Assembly: GCA_951406725.2 (NCBI GenBank)
Contig: OX597833.1
Coordinates: forward strand, 16,492,001-16,556,000
DNA: 64,000 nt
From: Octopus vulgaris
Lineage: Eukaryota
Direction: 5' to 3'
A program made the translations under genes and the position numbers. Shown here piece after piece: positions 39,408 to 53,528 of this stretch. Position 1 is the stretch's first letter. Each line of letters starts with the position of its first letter. The notes beneath the pieces were generated by a model. That model was not told the DNA's origin. It ran no database searches and saw nothing but the letters and a program-made list of their open reading frames with translations.

Positions 39408-39747
39408 TTTGAAAGACTAGAAAAAGAACTGATTGACTTCAAGGTGAATTTCTTTGGTTTATGTGTCTGATATCTGCAAACAATGGAAAAGGATTAGAGT
39501 GGAGCGAATTGCTTCTTGACTTTAGCGATTTTATTTCACTTACTATGAAATAAACTTTGGTTTAAGAGTATGGCGACAACTGGATACGAATGTTTATTGT
39601 GAAGCTACTTCAGGTCTGCAATTTCTGACGTGATGTCTCTTCAATTGGCCATTGTTCCCGATGCTTTCACCGATAAAATGGTATTAGGATTTAGATTGCT
39701 TTTACTACTTAACATTTCAAACGAAACGGAACAGGATCATATGTACA

Positions 39748-39814
<67 letters not shown>

Positions 39815-40689
39815 CCACGCGCACAGATTGCTGTATACATACATTGTATATATGCAGGCATGCTAAGGCGGAGAGCTGGCAGAAACGTTAGCACGCCGGG
39901 TGAAATGCTTAGCAGTATTTCGTCTGCCGCTACGTTCTGAGTTCAAATTCCATCGAGGTCGATTTTGCCTTTCATCCTCTCGGGGTCGATTAAATAAGTA
40001 CCTATTTCTTTATTACCCACAAGGGGCCAAACATAGAGGGGACAAACAAGGACAGACATAGGTATTAAGTCGATTACATCGACCCCAATGCGTAACTGGT
40101 ACTTAATTTATCGACCCCGAAAGGATAAAAGGCAAAGTCGACCTCGGCGGAATTTGAACTCACAACGTAACGGCAGATGAAATACGGCTACGCATTTCGC
40201 CCGACGTGCTAACGTTCCTGCGAGCACGCCGATTAAATAAGTACCAGTTATGCACTGGGGTCGATGTAATCGACTTAATCCGTCTGTCTGTCCTTGTTTG
40301 TACCCTCTGTGTTTAGCCCCTTGTGGTTAGTAAAGAAATATATATGTAGGCATGCTTCGCGTTGCAGAACTAGCATTCCTGAAAAAAACTAACGTAACGC
40401 GAAATTCCGCAACGTGAAACGTATTTTTCTACTGTTATGGACTGAATTATATCGGAATTTTGACACAAATGAAACCACTTGATGCATGAACTTTTTTTGG
40501 GGGTGCGGTGTGGTGGGGGAGTGGAGCATGTTTTTTTAAAATTTATTTTTTACTTGTTTCAGGTATTAGACGTTACTTGTCAGTCTCGTATTTATTCTGT
40601 CGGCCCCTTTCCCCAAGCCGCTAAGCTATGGGGACGTGAACAAACCAACACCGGTTGGTAAACGGTGGGGCTGGTGACAAACGCGAAAA

Positions 40690-40725
<36 letters not shown>

Positions 40726-41014
40726 TGTATACGACGGGCTTCCACGTAGTTTCCGCCAACTAATTTCACTCACAAAGCTGACCTGGCATTATAGAAAAAA
40801 AATGGCCAAGCCAAGGTACCACGTAATGGGACTGAACCCGAAAGTTTTTAACCGCACAGCCATGTATGTTTACCGATAAAAACAGGAACATTTCAGGCGA
40901 AATACATAAAAGATAAAATAAAAAAGCCGTCATAGAGTTTCAGTATGTGTAATCACCAAAAAAGATGTCGATAGTTGTGTGATGTTAGCGACGGAAGGTG
41001 GTGGAATGAGAGCA

Positions 41015-42050
41015 AGAGGGAAGAAGAAGAAGGAGGAGAAGAAGAAGAAGAAGAAGAAGAAGAAGAAGAAGAAGAAGAAGAAGAAGAAGAAGAAGAAGAA
41101 GAAGAAGAAGAAAAGGAAGAAGAAGAAACAGAAGAAAGAAAGAAGGAGAAGGAAGAAGAAGGAAGAAGAAGAAGAAGAAGAAGAAGAAGAAGAAGAAGAA
41201 GAAAGAAAACAACAAGAAGAAGAAGAGGAAAAGAAAGGAAAACAAGAAGAAGAAGAAGAAGAAGAAGGAGAAGGAAGAAGAAGAAGAAGAAGAAGAAAGA
41301 AGAAGAAGAAGAAGAAGAAGAAGAAGAAAGAAGAAGAAGGAGAAGAAGAAATGAAGAAGGAGAAGAAGAAGAAGAAAATGAAGAAGAAGAAGAAGAAGGA
41401 AGAAGAAGAAGAAGAAGAAGAAGAAGAAGAAGAAGAAACAGAAGAAGAAGGAGAAGGAGAGAAGAAGAAGAAGAAGAAGAAGAAGGAGGAGAAGAAGAAG
41501 AAGAAGAAGAAGGAGAAGAAGAAGAAGAAGAAGAAGAAGGAGAAGAAGAAGAGAAGAAGAAGAAGAAGAAGGAAAAGGAAGAAGAAGAAGAAGAAGAAGA
41601 AGAAGAAGAAGAAGAAGAAAAGAAGGAAGAAGAAGAAGAAGACGAAGAAGGAGAAGAAGGAGAAGGAGAAGAAGAAGAAGAAAAGGAAGAAGAAGAAGAA
41701 GAAAAAGAAGAAAAGGAAGAAGAAGAAAAAGAAGAACAAGAAAAGGAAGAATAAGAAGAAGAAGAAGAAGAAGAAGAAAAAGGAGAAAATGAAGGAGAAG
41801 AAAAAAAGAAGAAAAAGGAGAAAATGAAGAAGGAGAAGAAGAAAAAGGAGAAAAAGAGGAAGAAGGAGACGTAGAAGAAGAAGAAGAAGAAGAAGAAGAA
41901 GAAGAAGAAGAAGAAGAAGAAGAAGAAGAAGAAGAAGAAGAAGAAGGAGAAGAAGAAGGAGAAAAAAAGAAGGAGAAGATGGAGAAAAAGAAGGAGAAGA
42001 AGAAGAAGAAGGAGAATGAGAAAAAGAAGGAGAAGAAGGAGAAAAATAAT
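41015..42050. repeat. About 1 kb (GAA)n/(GGA) polypurine tract
   Basis: Read directly from the sequence. Confidence 0.95.
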
Positions 42051-42315
42051 TTCTTTTGTCAGTTCTCGACTGGATTTACGTGAATCTTTCTCAATGACGG
42101 TCTTTAATTGACCCTCATAGATGACAGATGGGAGTCCACTACGCTCACGATCTTTAAGGCTCAGGTCTCCATTGCGAGATCGCTTAAACCATTTTCGAGC
42201 TGTCCACTCACTGGTCATTTCCTCACCAAAAAGTTCCGTTGATATCGCGAGCAGTTTCAGCTGTTTTACGTCCTTTTTTGTAGTTGAATAGCAAAATTGC
42301 TCGAATATCGCGTTT
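42050..42315 (-). mobile_element. Mariner transposase N-terminal fragment
   Basis: TARKWFKRSRNGDLSLKDRERSGLPSVI...LKTVIEKDSRKSSRELTKE matches the mariner HTH region (WF.RF..G...L.D..RSGRP). Confidence 0.85.
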
Positions 42316-42319
42316 GATA

Positions 42320-42460
42320 TAAGGTTGTCCCAAAAGTTCGTAGAAAGTCTTGGAAAATAATGGTCTTTATTTTGCGGAATAATTTTTGTTGTTTTTGTTA
42401 GTAATTGGCGAGTAAAAATTCAATTTTCGCAAGTGTTTACGAACTTTTGGGACAACCTAA
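42320..42460. mobile_element. Mariner-type MITE
   Basis: TIR TAAGGTTGTCCCAAAAGTTCGTA / TACGAACTTTTGGGACAACCTAA with a TA TSD on both sides. Confidence 0.88.
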
Positions 42461-42741
42461 TAGTTCCATTTCAGATGATTGTAACAATGGTGAAAAAAAA
42501 ATCAATGTTAATTTATCGATGCATTTGAGCAAGTCTATGTCTGTATTATCAGATAATTGGTACAAAAAGATGTTTAAAAAAAGAATTCAAAGCTGCAAAT
42601 ATCCGGTACAAATTCTTCGTGGTTTAAAATGTTGTTTGATAATTTTAAGAAAATAATTGTCCTCCAAGAGTTTTCTCCCTTGCTGCCATTCGCATCTCCA
42701 GCTTTGGCTGAATGTGTGTTGTCAATGTGCACAGGTATAAA

Positions 42742-42758
42742 TGGTGTGCGTGCGTGCG

Positions 42759-42814
<56 letters not shown>

Positions 42815-42833
42815 CGTGTGCGTGTGTGTGCGT

Positions 42834-42874
<41 letters not shown>

Positions 42875-43145
42875 TACGTGTGCGAGAGCGTGTGTGTGTG
42901 TGTGCGTGAGTGCGTGCGTACGTGTGTGTGTGTGTGTGCGTGTGCGTACGTATGCGTGCGTGTGTGAGTGTGTGTGTGTGTGTGCGTGAGTGCGTGCGAG
43001 CGTGTGTGTGTGTTTGTGCGTGCGTGCGTGTGTGAGTGTGTGTGTGTGCGTGCGTGCGTGTGTGTACGTGTGTGTGTGTGTATGTGTGTGAGTGTGTGCG
43101 TACGTGTGTGTACGTGTGTGTGTGTGCGTGTGCGTGCGTGTGCGT

Positions 43146-43182
<37 letters not shown>

Positions 43183-43218
43183 CGTGTGCGTACGTGTGTG
43201 TGTGTGTGCGTTCGTGTG
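42742..43218. repeat. Compound (TG)n/(TGCG) microsatellite
   Basis: Read directly from the sequence. Similar (CA)n tracts at 45222-45592 and 46552-46707. Confidence 0.95.
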
Positions 43219-43677
43219 ACACTCTTTGGTTATCTCACCTCATTAAAAAATTGGTTTATCTCCCAAACTGAAAAAAAATTGCTTAACCCTCAATAAAACA
43301 AAAAAAAAAGGTAAAAATTAATAAACACGGAAAGTGAAAAGATTAAACACCTTACTGAATCATATAATATTTTTATAACAAATCATACAAAACTGAAAAA
43401 ATCGATAAACACGAAAACGGAAAATATTAAAACATCTTATTGAATCCTCTCGTTTCACTCTTTTTACTCTTTTACTTGTTTCAGTCATTTGACTGTGGCC
43501 ATGCTGGAGCACCGCCTTTAGTCGAGCAAATCGACCCCGGGACTTATTCTTTGTAAACCCAGTACTTATTCTATCAACATAGGTTGTCAAGCGATAGTGG
43601 GGGGAGGGGCAGACACACACACACACACATACATACATATATACATACACACACACACATATATATATGTGTGTATG

Positions 43678-43749
<72 letters not shown>

Positions 43750-43930
43750 GTAATTTGTTCTATCTGTGTGCAGCCCTGTGTGGCTAATAAAGAAACATAT
43801 CTATCTATCTATCTATCAATCTATCTATCTCTATATATACGACAATTTCTGTGTACCATGTATGTATGATGATGTATGTATGTTTGTATGTATCCATGTA
43901 TGTATGCATGTATGTATGTATGTATGTATG

Positions 43931-43961
<31 letters not shown>

Positions 43962-44082
43962 TTGCAAGGCCAATTATCAGCTGAAACTGGGACAAACGTC
44001 GAATCATTCAGACGCCAGAGTAGATCTGTATAATACCTGATTAATTGTAACATGCACAAAATCACAATGCAATATCACGCCT

Positions 44083-44137
<55 letters not shown>

Positions 44138-44163
44138 CTCTCTCTCACACACACACACACACA

Positions 44164-44252
<89 letters not shown>

Positions 44253-44401
44253 TATAATTTAGGGTATCTACGAGATACCACCACGCTGGAAATAGCAGTC
44301 AAAACTTGACTCTAAAACCACATTGAATGTTCAGAGTTACAGACTCAAGTTTTGACTGCTATTTCCAGCGTGGTGGTATCTCGCAGATACCCTAAATTAT
44401 A
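44253..44401. repeat. Fold-back inverted repeat after (TA)n, with a third arm copy at 44514-44575
   Basis: Arms of about 60 bp, TATAATTTAGGGTATCT.CGAGATACCACCACGCTGGAAATAGCAGTCAAAAC. Confidence 0.9.
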
Positions 44402-44729
44402 ATTTTAAATAATTATTGCCTTTGAAAGGGTTCTATTCCCATGCTGGTCACCTGATAACATCGGTATTTAAATATCGATCTTATCCTTATATATATATAT
44501 ATATATACTTATCAATTAGGGTATCTACGAGATACCACCATGCTGAAAATAGCAGCCATGATCTGACTCTAAAATCACCTTAAGTGTTTATATAGCAACA
44601 CGGAGAGAAGACAAAGAGACAAGATAAAACTAGTAAAAAATTACTGGATAATTCCAGATCCCGGATTTCTGACTTTGCATTTAGGAATGCTTTGCCTCAT
44701 CAGTGGAATATACACAGAAAGAAACATAA

Positions 44730-44809
<80 letters not shown>

Positions 44810-44975
44810 GTATATATGTATTATACATATATACATATATAAATACAACATACGAATACTTACATATACGAACGTAAACATACATATATATATGCACGTA
44901 TGCATCATAACTATATATATATGTATATACATACTTGAAAATGTGCGTGTGTTTGTATGTGTGTGTGTGAGAGAA

Positions 44976-45017
<42 letters not shown>

Positions 45018-45219
45018 CAGGGGTGATATTGCATTGTGATTTTGTGCATGTTACAATTAATCAGGTATTATACAGATCTACTCTGGCGTCTGAATGATTC
45101 GACGTTTGTCCCAGTTTCAGCTGATAATTGGCCTTGCTTCTCGCAAAAGCTCTTTAGCAAGACACTATCTACAGTGCCACAACAATCCTGCCTAACACCT
45201 TATCTGTAGCTGCCAACAC

Positions 45220-45307
<88 letters not shown>

Positions 45308-45412
45308 GCACACACACACACACACACACACACACAAGCACACACACACACACACGCACAAGCACACACCAGCACACACACACACGCACAAGCACACACA
45401 CACACACACACA

Positions 45413-45449
<37 letters not shown>

Positions 45450-45472
45450 GCACACACACACATACACAAACA

Positions 45473-45521
<49 letters not shown>

Positions 45522-45539
45522 GCACATACACACACACAA

Positions 45540-45596
<57 letters not shown>

Positions 45597-45926
45597 TGTT
45601 ATTATACTTACATCTGACAGCTGGATATCTCTGGCTAATATTTAGAAGCTAGTATTGACTTAATTTCATTTAAACTGTTTAATTAATTGAACTGAAGATT
45701 ATAATTGAATTTTGAGTACAGTTTGCAATTTGGTGTTACAACTTTTAAATTTTATAATATAGTTATCTTCTCTTAGCGGATTATATTCTGATTAAATCAT
45801 TTCATAGGCCTCAGCTTATCTATCATTATATATCTTATATCGCGCGCGTGTATATATATATATTTTTTTAATTTATTTATTTTTTATTTATCTAGTTTCA
45901 GCTCACAAGCTGTGGCCATGCTGGGG

Positions 45927-46014
<88 letters not shown>

Positions 46015-46094
46015 GTATATGTATGTATATATATATATATATATATATGCACACACATATATGCACACACATATACACATATACATATATGCAT

Positions 46095-46207
<113 letters not shown>

Positions 46208-46552
46208 GTACATACGTACATACATGCATACAGGAGACCAAAAGTGTACGTACGCCATATATGTGTGTGTGTGTGTGTGTGTCTGAGTGTGTGTGTATGT
46301 ATGTATGTATGTATGTATGTATGTATGTATGTATGCATGTTTGTGTATGTATGCATGTATGTATTTGCATGTTTGTGTGTGTCACCCAACATCGCTTGAC
46401 AACCGATGTTGGTGTGTTTATCTAGTGATTCGGCAAAAAGAGACCGATAGAATAAGTACTAGGTTATAAAGAATAAGTCATGGGGATCAATCTTTTCAAC
46501 ATGGCCGCAGTCAAAATAACAGAAGCAAGTAAAAGAATAAAATTATATATGT

Positions 46553-46583
<31 letters not shown>

Positions 46584-46587
46584 CTCT

Positions 46588-46744
<157 letters not shown>

Positions 46745-46867
46745 GAATGGGTTTCGTCACACGATCTAACGAAGGGGCATACGTAAGTATTTTTCAACCT
46801 TTTGTGCCCCGCGATCCACTTTGTGTTTCCAATAAATGTGCGCCATAACATGGCCAAAATCAATCAC

Positions 46868-48440
46868 AGTTCGTCCGTCGTTGTCAACGATGGCTAAGGA
46901 CATCTCATGGGAGAAGAAGACCGGTCAAGGTGTGTTCTGTTCCGGCTATGGCTACCAGTCCGATGAGTGCTCGGAGGGTTCTACGGAAGGTTGGGCACGG
47001 TGGTCTGCTGAGACTGAAGGCGAGAAGTTGGATCCGGACTTCACTGTAGATCCGGACTTCACTGTGGATTCGGACTTCACTGTGGATTCGGACTTCACTG
47101 CGGATACGGCCTTCACTGTGGATTCGGACTTCACTGTGGATCCGGACTGCACTGTGGATCCGGACTTCACTGTGGATCCGGACTTCACTGTGGATTCGGA
47201 CTTCATTGTGAATCCGGACTTCATTGTGGATCCGGCCTTCACTGTGGATCCGGACTTCAATGTGGATCCGGATTTCACTGTGGATCCGGACTTCACTGTG
47301 GATCCGGACTTCACTGTGGATCCGGACTTCACTGCGGATCCGGATTTCATTTCACTGTTGATCCTGCCTTCACTGTGGATCCGGATTTCACTGTGGATCC
47401 GGACTTCCCTGTAGATCCGGACTTCACTGTGGATCTGGTCTTCACTGTAGATCCGGACTTCACTGTGGATCCGGATTTCATTGCGGATCCGGATTTCACT
47501 GCGGATCCGGATTTCACTGTTGATCCGGACTTCACTGTGGATCCGGACTTCACTGTGGATCCGGACTTCACTGTGGATCCGGACTTCACTGTGGATCCGG
47601 ACTTCACTGTGGATCCGGACTTCACTGTGGATCCGGATTTCACTGTGGATCCTGCCTTCACTGTGGATCCGGGTTTCACTGTGGATCCGGACTTCCCTGT
47701 AGATCCGGACTTCACTGTGGATCTGGTCTTCACTGTAGATCCAGACTTCACTGTGGATCCGGACTTCACTGCGGATCCGGATTTCACTGCGGATCCGGAT
47801 TTCACTGTGGATCCGGACTTCACTGTGGATCCGGACTTCCCTGTAGATCCGGACTTCACCGTGGATCTGGACATCACTGTAGATCCAGACTTCACTGTAG
47901 ATCCGGACTTCACTGTGGATCCGGACTTCACTGTGGTCCTGCAATCCTGTTCTGTTCGTAGGAGGTAGTACCTCTGTCGCTGCAGCTTTGCCAGGCAGGG
48001 AGGTGCTGCACTTGTGTTTCCCAGGTGCTGGAGTTGATCACAAAGCTCTTCAGTGTTGCTTTGAACATATCCTTGCGTGCGCCTGCCTTCCGCCTGTTCG
48101 CTGTAAAGCAGTCTCTTGCGGAGTCCTGTGTCAGACATTCAGACAAGGTGATCTACCCACCAGACTTGCGTTCTCCTCAGCGTTATGCAAATGCTTGGCA
48201 GATCACCTTGAGAGAAGACCTCTCTGTTAGGGACTTTGCCTTGGGAGGTTGTTTTCAATAGCTTTCTCAAGCTGTTGATGTGGAAACGGTTGAGCATTTT
48301 GGCGTGGCGTTCGTAAAGCATCGAAGGCCCACAGGCGCACAATAAAGTAGGCAGTACAATTTCAGCTTGGTAGCCAGCCTAATGCATCTCCTCTCCAATA
48401 CTTATTCACGTAGCTGCTCAAATGCTGAGCTTCCCAAAGC
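46868..48440 (-). mobile_element. Degraded RTE (BovB-like) LINE 3' portion interrupted by a minisatellite
   Basis: VLPTLLCACGP..LYERHAKMLNRFHINSLRKLL...KVPNREV...DLPSI; C-terminal zinc-finger relic CPTFRRTLRALIGLV; 3' end ...CAACGACGGACGAAC. Confidence 0.85.
47030..47937. repeat. 18-bp minisatellite (GTGGATCCGGACTTCACT), about 50 units
   Basis: Read directly from the sequence. A 5-nt indel lies near 47349, and a variant block repeats 288 bp apart. Confidence 0.97.
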
Positions 48441-48509
<69 letters not shown>

Positions 48510-49691
48510 AACTCATACGTATATTAAAATGCTTATTGCAAGCTTTATACACTTGTTATTTACACTACATTCTAGAGTGACCACGCCCCACAAAAATATT
48601 TTCATCCCTTGTGGGCGGAGCGACCACTATTGGGGGTGTGTGCTGTAGAGGTACGCTGCATCTACAAGAAATAGCAGCGAATTTTCTTTCAAACCACATC
48701 ATGCTGTGCCGAATAAACGATATCTGCCGGATGATGAAAGCTTCGAGGATTTTCATCCTAAATCTGCTCGATGAAACCTGATTAAACGATAGCAAATTGT
48801 TCCAGTCGCTTCTACTCAATCTGGCCTACTTAGTCTATATCACCATATCGAATCTGTTCTTTGTCAAACGCTTTGCCTCTTCGCGCCAATCTTTGATTAC
48901 CACAATTAAAACAAAACAGAACGTTAGCAGCGTTAACCTCATCAGACTTCCACCCGCCACCCGCCACCGCCTCGGCCCTTTGTCAAAAGAGGGAACAGCT
49001 TCGAATATTTAAATATTATATATGTATGACCCCACTCCCCTCCTATTATTATTGAATTTATGATATTGATGTGGATTTACACATCCTGGGTGGTAGCCAT
49101 CTTTAACAGGTTCGGTCTGTTGCTGATGGCAACGTGATACGATCAAGAAAGAAGCTACAATGGCGGTTATACTGAAAGACGTACGATGAATATGCATGTA
49201 TGTATGAATGTATGTATGTATGTATGTATGTATGTATGTATGTATGTACGAATGTACGAATGTATGTATGTATGTATGTATGTATGTATGTATGTATGTA
49301 TGCATGCATGCATGTATGCATGTATGTATGTATGTATGTATGTATGTATGTATGTATGTATGTATGTATTACGGATGTATGTATGTATATATATATGTAT
49401 GTACGAATGTATGTATGTATGTATGTATGTATGTATGTATGTATGCATGCATGCATGTATGTATGTACGAATGTGCGCATGTATGTATATGTTTGCTTAT
49501 ATATATATGTATATGTGTAAATATATACATGTACGTATGCATGTGCGTATATATATGTGTGTGTGTGCGCATGTATGCATGTATGTATATATGTATATGT
49601 GTGTAAATATATATATGTATATATATATATTATGTATGTACATATATGTGTGTATATATATGTATGTATATACATATATATGCATATATAT

Positions 49692-49874
<183 letters not shown>

Positions 49875-51136
49875 CCTATATACATCCATACATACATACA
49901 AATAGTAGCAGCAAAACACGATTATACTAAGTAAGACGACGAAGAAGTTTCGCATTGAGCCAAAACAAAAAAAACGGCCAACATTAATCTAATCTATGGC
50001 CATCTTGTTCTTTTCTTCTGTTGCCGTCGAGTAGCATTTCACCATTTTGCTATCATTTCTTCTACTTTATTTTTGTTTTTTTGTTTTGGCGTTTTCAACC
50101 GATATCATTACCAGCGATAACATCCTTTAGCAATCGTATCTTGACAGCTCAGATGCTGTTCACCTGTTCCAATTACCATCGCCGTTGCAACAAAGAAACC
50201 AAAGTCGTTCGACCTGTTAGAAATGTCAGTTACCTTTCCCTCATATCATATCCTACTGCAGTGGTTTTCAAATTATTTTATTTCTTTACTACCCACAAGG
50301 GGCTACACACAGAGGTGACAAACAAGGACAGACAAAGGAAATAAGTCGATTACATCGACCCCAGTGCGTAATTGGTACTTAATTTATCGACCTCGAAAGG
50401 ATGAAAGGCAAAGTCGACCTCGGCGGAATTTGAACTCAGAACGCAGCGGCCGACGAAATACCTATTTCTTTACTACCCACAAGGGGCTAAACACAGAGGG
50501 GACGAACAAGGACAGACAAACGGATTAAGTCGATTACATCGACCCCAGTGCGTAACTGGTACTTATTTAATATACCCCGAAAGGATGAAAGGCAAAGTCG
50601 ACCTCGGCGGAATTTGAACTCAGAACGTAACGGCAGACGAAATACGGCTACGAATTTCGCCCGGCGTGCTAACATTTCTGCCAGCTCGCCGCCGATGGTT
50701 TTCAAATTATGAGCTGCTAAAAGTACCTAGGTGAACCGCGTGATTTTAGAATTTAAAGACTTAGAAAACCAACATAAATTCTTGAACCGTTATTCAGTTT
50801 CGTTGCACACAATAAACCAAGACACGCAACAGTTTTCTATAATGGTTTTGTTTCGATTTCAAACATTAAAAGTCGGTTTTTTTAATTTTATTTTCCATGC
50901 GATGAATTAAAACAGAGGTTGAAAGCTAAAGCATATAAACTAAAGAGATATGAACAGAATATCACGAAGTTCAAAGTACTCAGAGCCATTACCATTCATC
51001 TGAACAACAGAGTACATTCAATAATTTTGTTCTTGTATTCGGTTTTCAAGATTCTTATTTGAACTCGTGAGTCGAATAAAATAGATTTTGATTATGCCAA
51101 TAATAAGCCAACGCACTGGTTTTATTTCACTTCTTT

Positions 51137-51216
<80 letters not shown>

Positions 51217-51248
51217 TAATGATAATAATAATAATAATAATAATAACT

Positions 51249-51647
<399 letters not shown>

Positions 51648-51699
51648 CAGGTGAAGTGTGAGAAAAGTGTGGGAAATAACAACAGAAGAAGTGTGGGAA

Positions 51700-52720
51700 A
51701 AGGAGATGGAAACTCCAAAAATTAAACCAGTATTACAGGAATTCTATATCCTAGGGTGGAGATCCAGTCAGTGATGATGTCACGAGGGAAGAAAAATATA
51801 CCTGTTGTTGTGCAACCTGAAATTCACTAACCCTTATCATGAGTGCTGAAATGTTAAATAAAAATAGATATAAAAATTGCATGAATGAGGCTAGAACACT
51901 TTGTGAAGGTCTCTCACCCGGTGGGTGCCCCACAGGTAACTCATGGGTGCCCCACGGTTGTCTCACGGGTGTCCCACGGGTAAGCAGCGTGGGCCCAGTC
52001 GTCATCAAGCAACTGCTAAAAGAAAGTGGACGAAAGAAATGAATGTGGCTGTAATGGAATGCTACTTTCTGGGTAATCCGAGAAATGATAATGAAGTACC
52101 CGCTAGGGGATATAGGATAAGAATGCACAGGACATGTAGCGACAGGGGCCTATTTGAATGAAGTGAACAAAATCTGTGTGACCAAGCTAGAGCCATCAGA
52201 AAGAATGAATGGTTATCTCAAGTTTGAACTAGAAAGCATTAAGAGACGGGTGCTTAGGGATAGTTAGACCAGCAGCGAACGGAAGGATGGGGAAGAGAAT
52301 GCAGATAGTGAAACTATGGCAGTGGAGTTAAGGGAAGAAAACGAGCATGAGGCTGAGATTATTGATCAGGAAAGCGATGAGAGAACCGAGGAACAAATAT
52401 CAAGTTTAAATGAACTCATTGATATTTGGACTTCTGGTGAACAGAGCTTTGATACGGGGTTTAAAAATGTAGACAGAAGGAAATCAATGAACGGGCCAGG
52501 GAGATAAACGATATCTCTAGTGATATCAGGGCTGATAACATCACAGACACCAACAATCTGATAAATGCAATCTTGATCTTTATAGCCCGGAGGTTAGGTT
52601 TGAAAGTCAAAGGCAAATGTCAGCATAACCTGAAGGAACCATGGTAGAAATTGAGAATAACGAAGTCTACTAATGAGACCAGAAAGTATATTAAGGTTCT
52701 GGAACGGAAAAAGAGAAATT
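51700..52720 (+). mobile_element. R4/Dong LINE 5' coding remnant
   Basis: KRKWTKEMNVAVMECYF...RGYRIRMH...GLFE*SEQNLCDQARAIRKNEWLS resembles the N-terminal domain of R4-clade ORFs. Contains stops; follows (AAT)/(AAC)n. Confidence 0.75.
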
Positions 52721-53339
52721 TTGAAGTAGATTTCTTAGAAGTTTTTATTTCTTCGTTAGCCGTTCGAATTAGATTACGGCTTGGTTGCTCGAGCCAAAAT
52801 GGTAGCCTTTACGTTGGCGCTTGATCTATTAAAGATAGGAGACAAATATCCCTCAAATCACACTCTGCTGTCTTAACCCTTTGCTTGTCCTGTGTATCAC
52901 GTGGCACAAAGGTCGTCTGTGAATCATATATGATACAAGTCCCCAAATATTATTTTTTCAATCAATAGTGTAATTTTGGATTTATGAAAACGAAGCTTTA
53001 TATCAATCGGAACGTATGAGATAAGTTTGAAAATGAGCATGGACATTTAAGATAAGCATATGAAAATGCTTTGAACCGTCAAATAGGCGCAGGAGTAGCT
53101 GTGTGGTAAGTAGCTGGCTTACCAACCACATGGTTCCGGGTTCAGTCCCACTCCGTGGCACCTTGGACAAGTGTCTGCTACTATAGCCTCGGGCCGATCA
53201 AAGCCTTGTGAGTGGATTTGGTAGACGGAAAATGAAAGAAGCCCGTCGTATATATATATATGTATATATATATTGGTAAAAACGGTAAGATAACAAAAGA
53301 AAGAAAAAGACCTCAATATTATGTAAATAGAGGAAAGTT

Positions 53340-53474
53340 ATCTATAAAATAATATGTTACATTACTCAATAGTCAAGATAAAACTCTGAGTTTCAGATGC
53401 CGGATTTCCACTTCGGCATCTGAAACTCAGAGTTTTATCTTGACTATTGAGTAATGTAACATATTATTTTATAG

Positions 53475-53476
<2 letters not shown>
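53340..53476. repeat. Near-perfect fold-back inverted repeat inserted in the (TA)n tract of a SINE
   Basis: Arms of about 65 bp with a 7-nt loop; each arm carries GAAAC-TCAGA-GTT. Confidence 0.92.

Positions 53477-53528
<52 letters not shown>

Noticed and set aside
40930-42218. Long poly-E/K/F/S ORFs (up to 421 aa)
   Set aside because: They are the (GAA)n tract read in different frames; only the first ~55 aa of 40953-42218 is a real, dead mariner fragment.
46836-48138. (VDPDFT)n / (STVKSG)n repeat proteins as genuine structural or antifreeze genes
   Set aside because: The array lies inside a decayed RTE LINE, is open in several frames on both strands and is broken by a 5-nt indel.
48690-48820. 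Possible GIY-YIG tail (RMKILEAFII) on the minus strand; similar weak hint at 26025-26170
   Set aside because: Too short and degenerate to call without a profile search.
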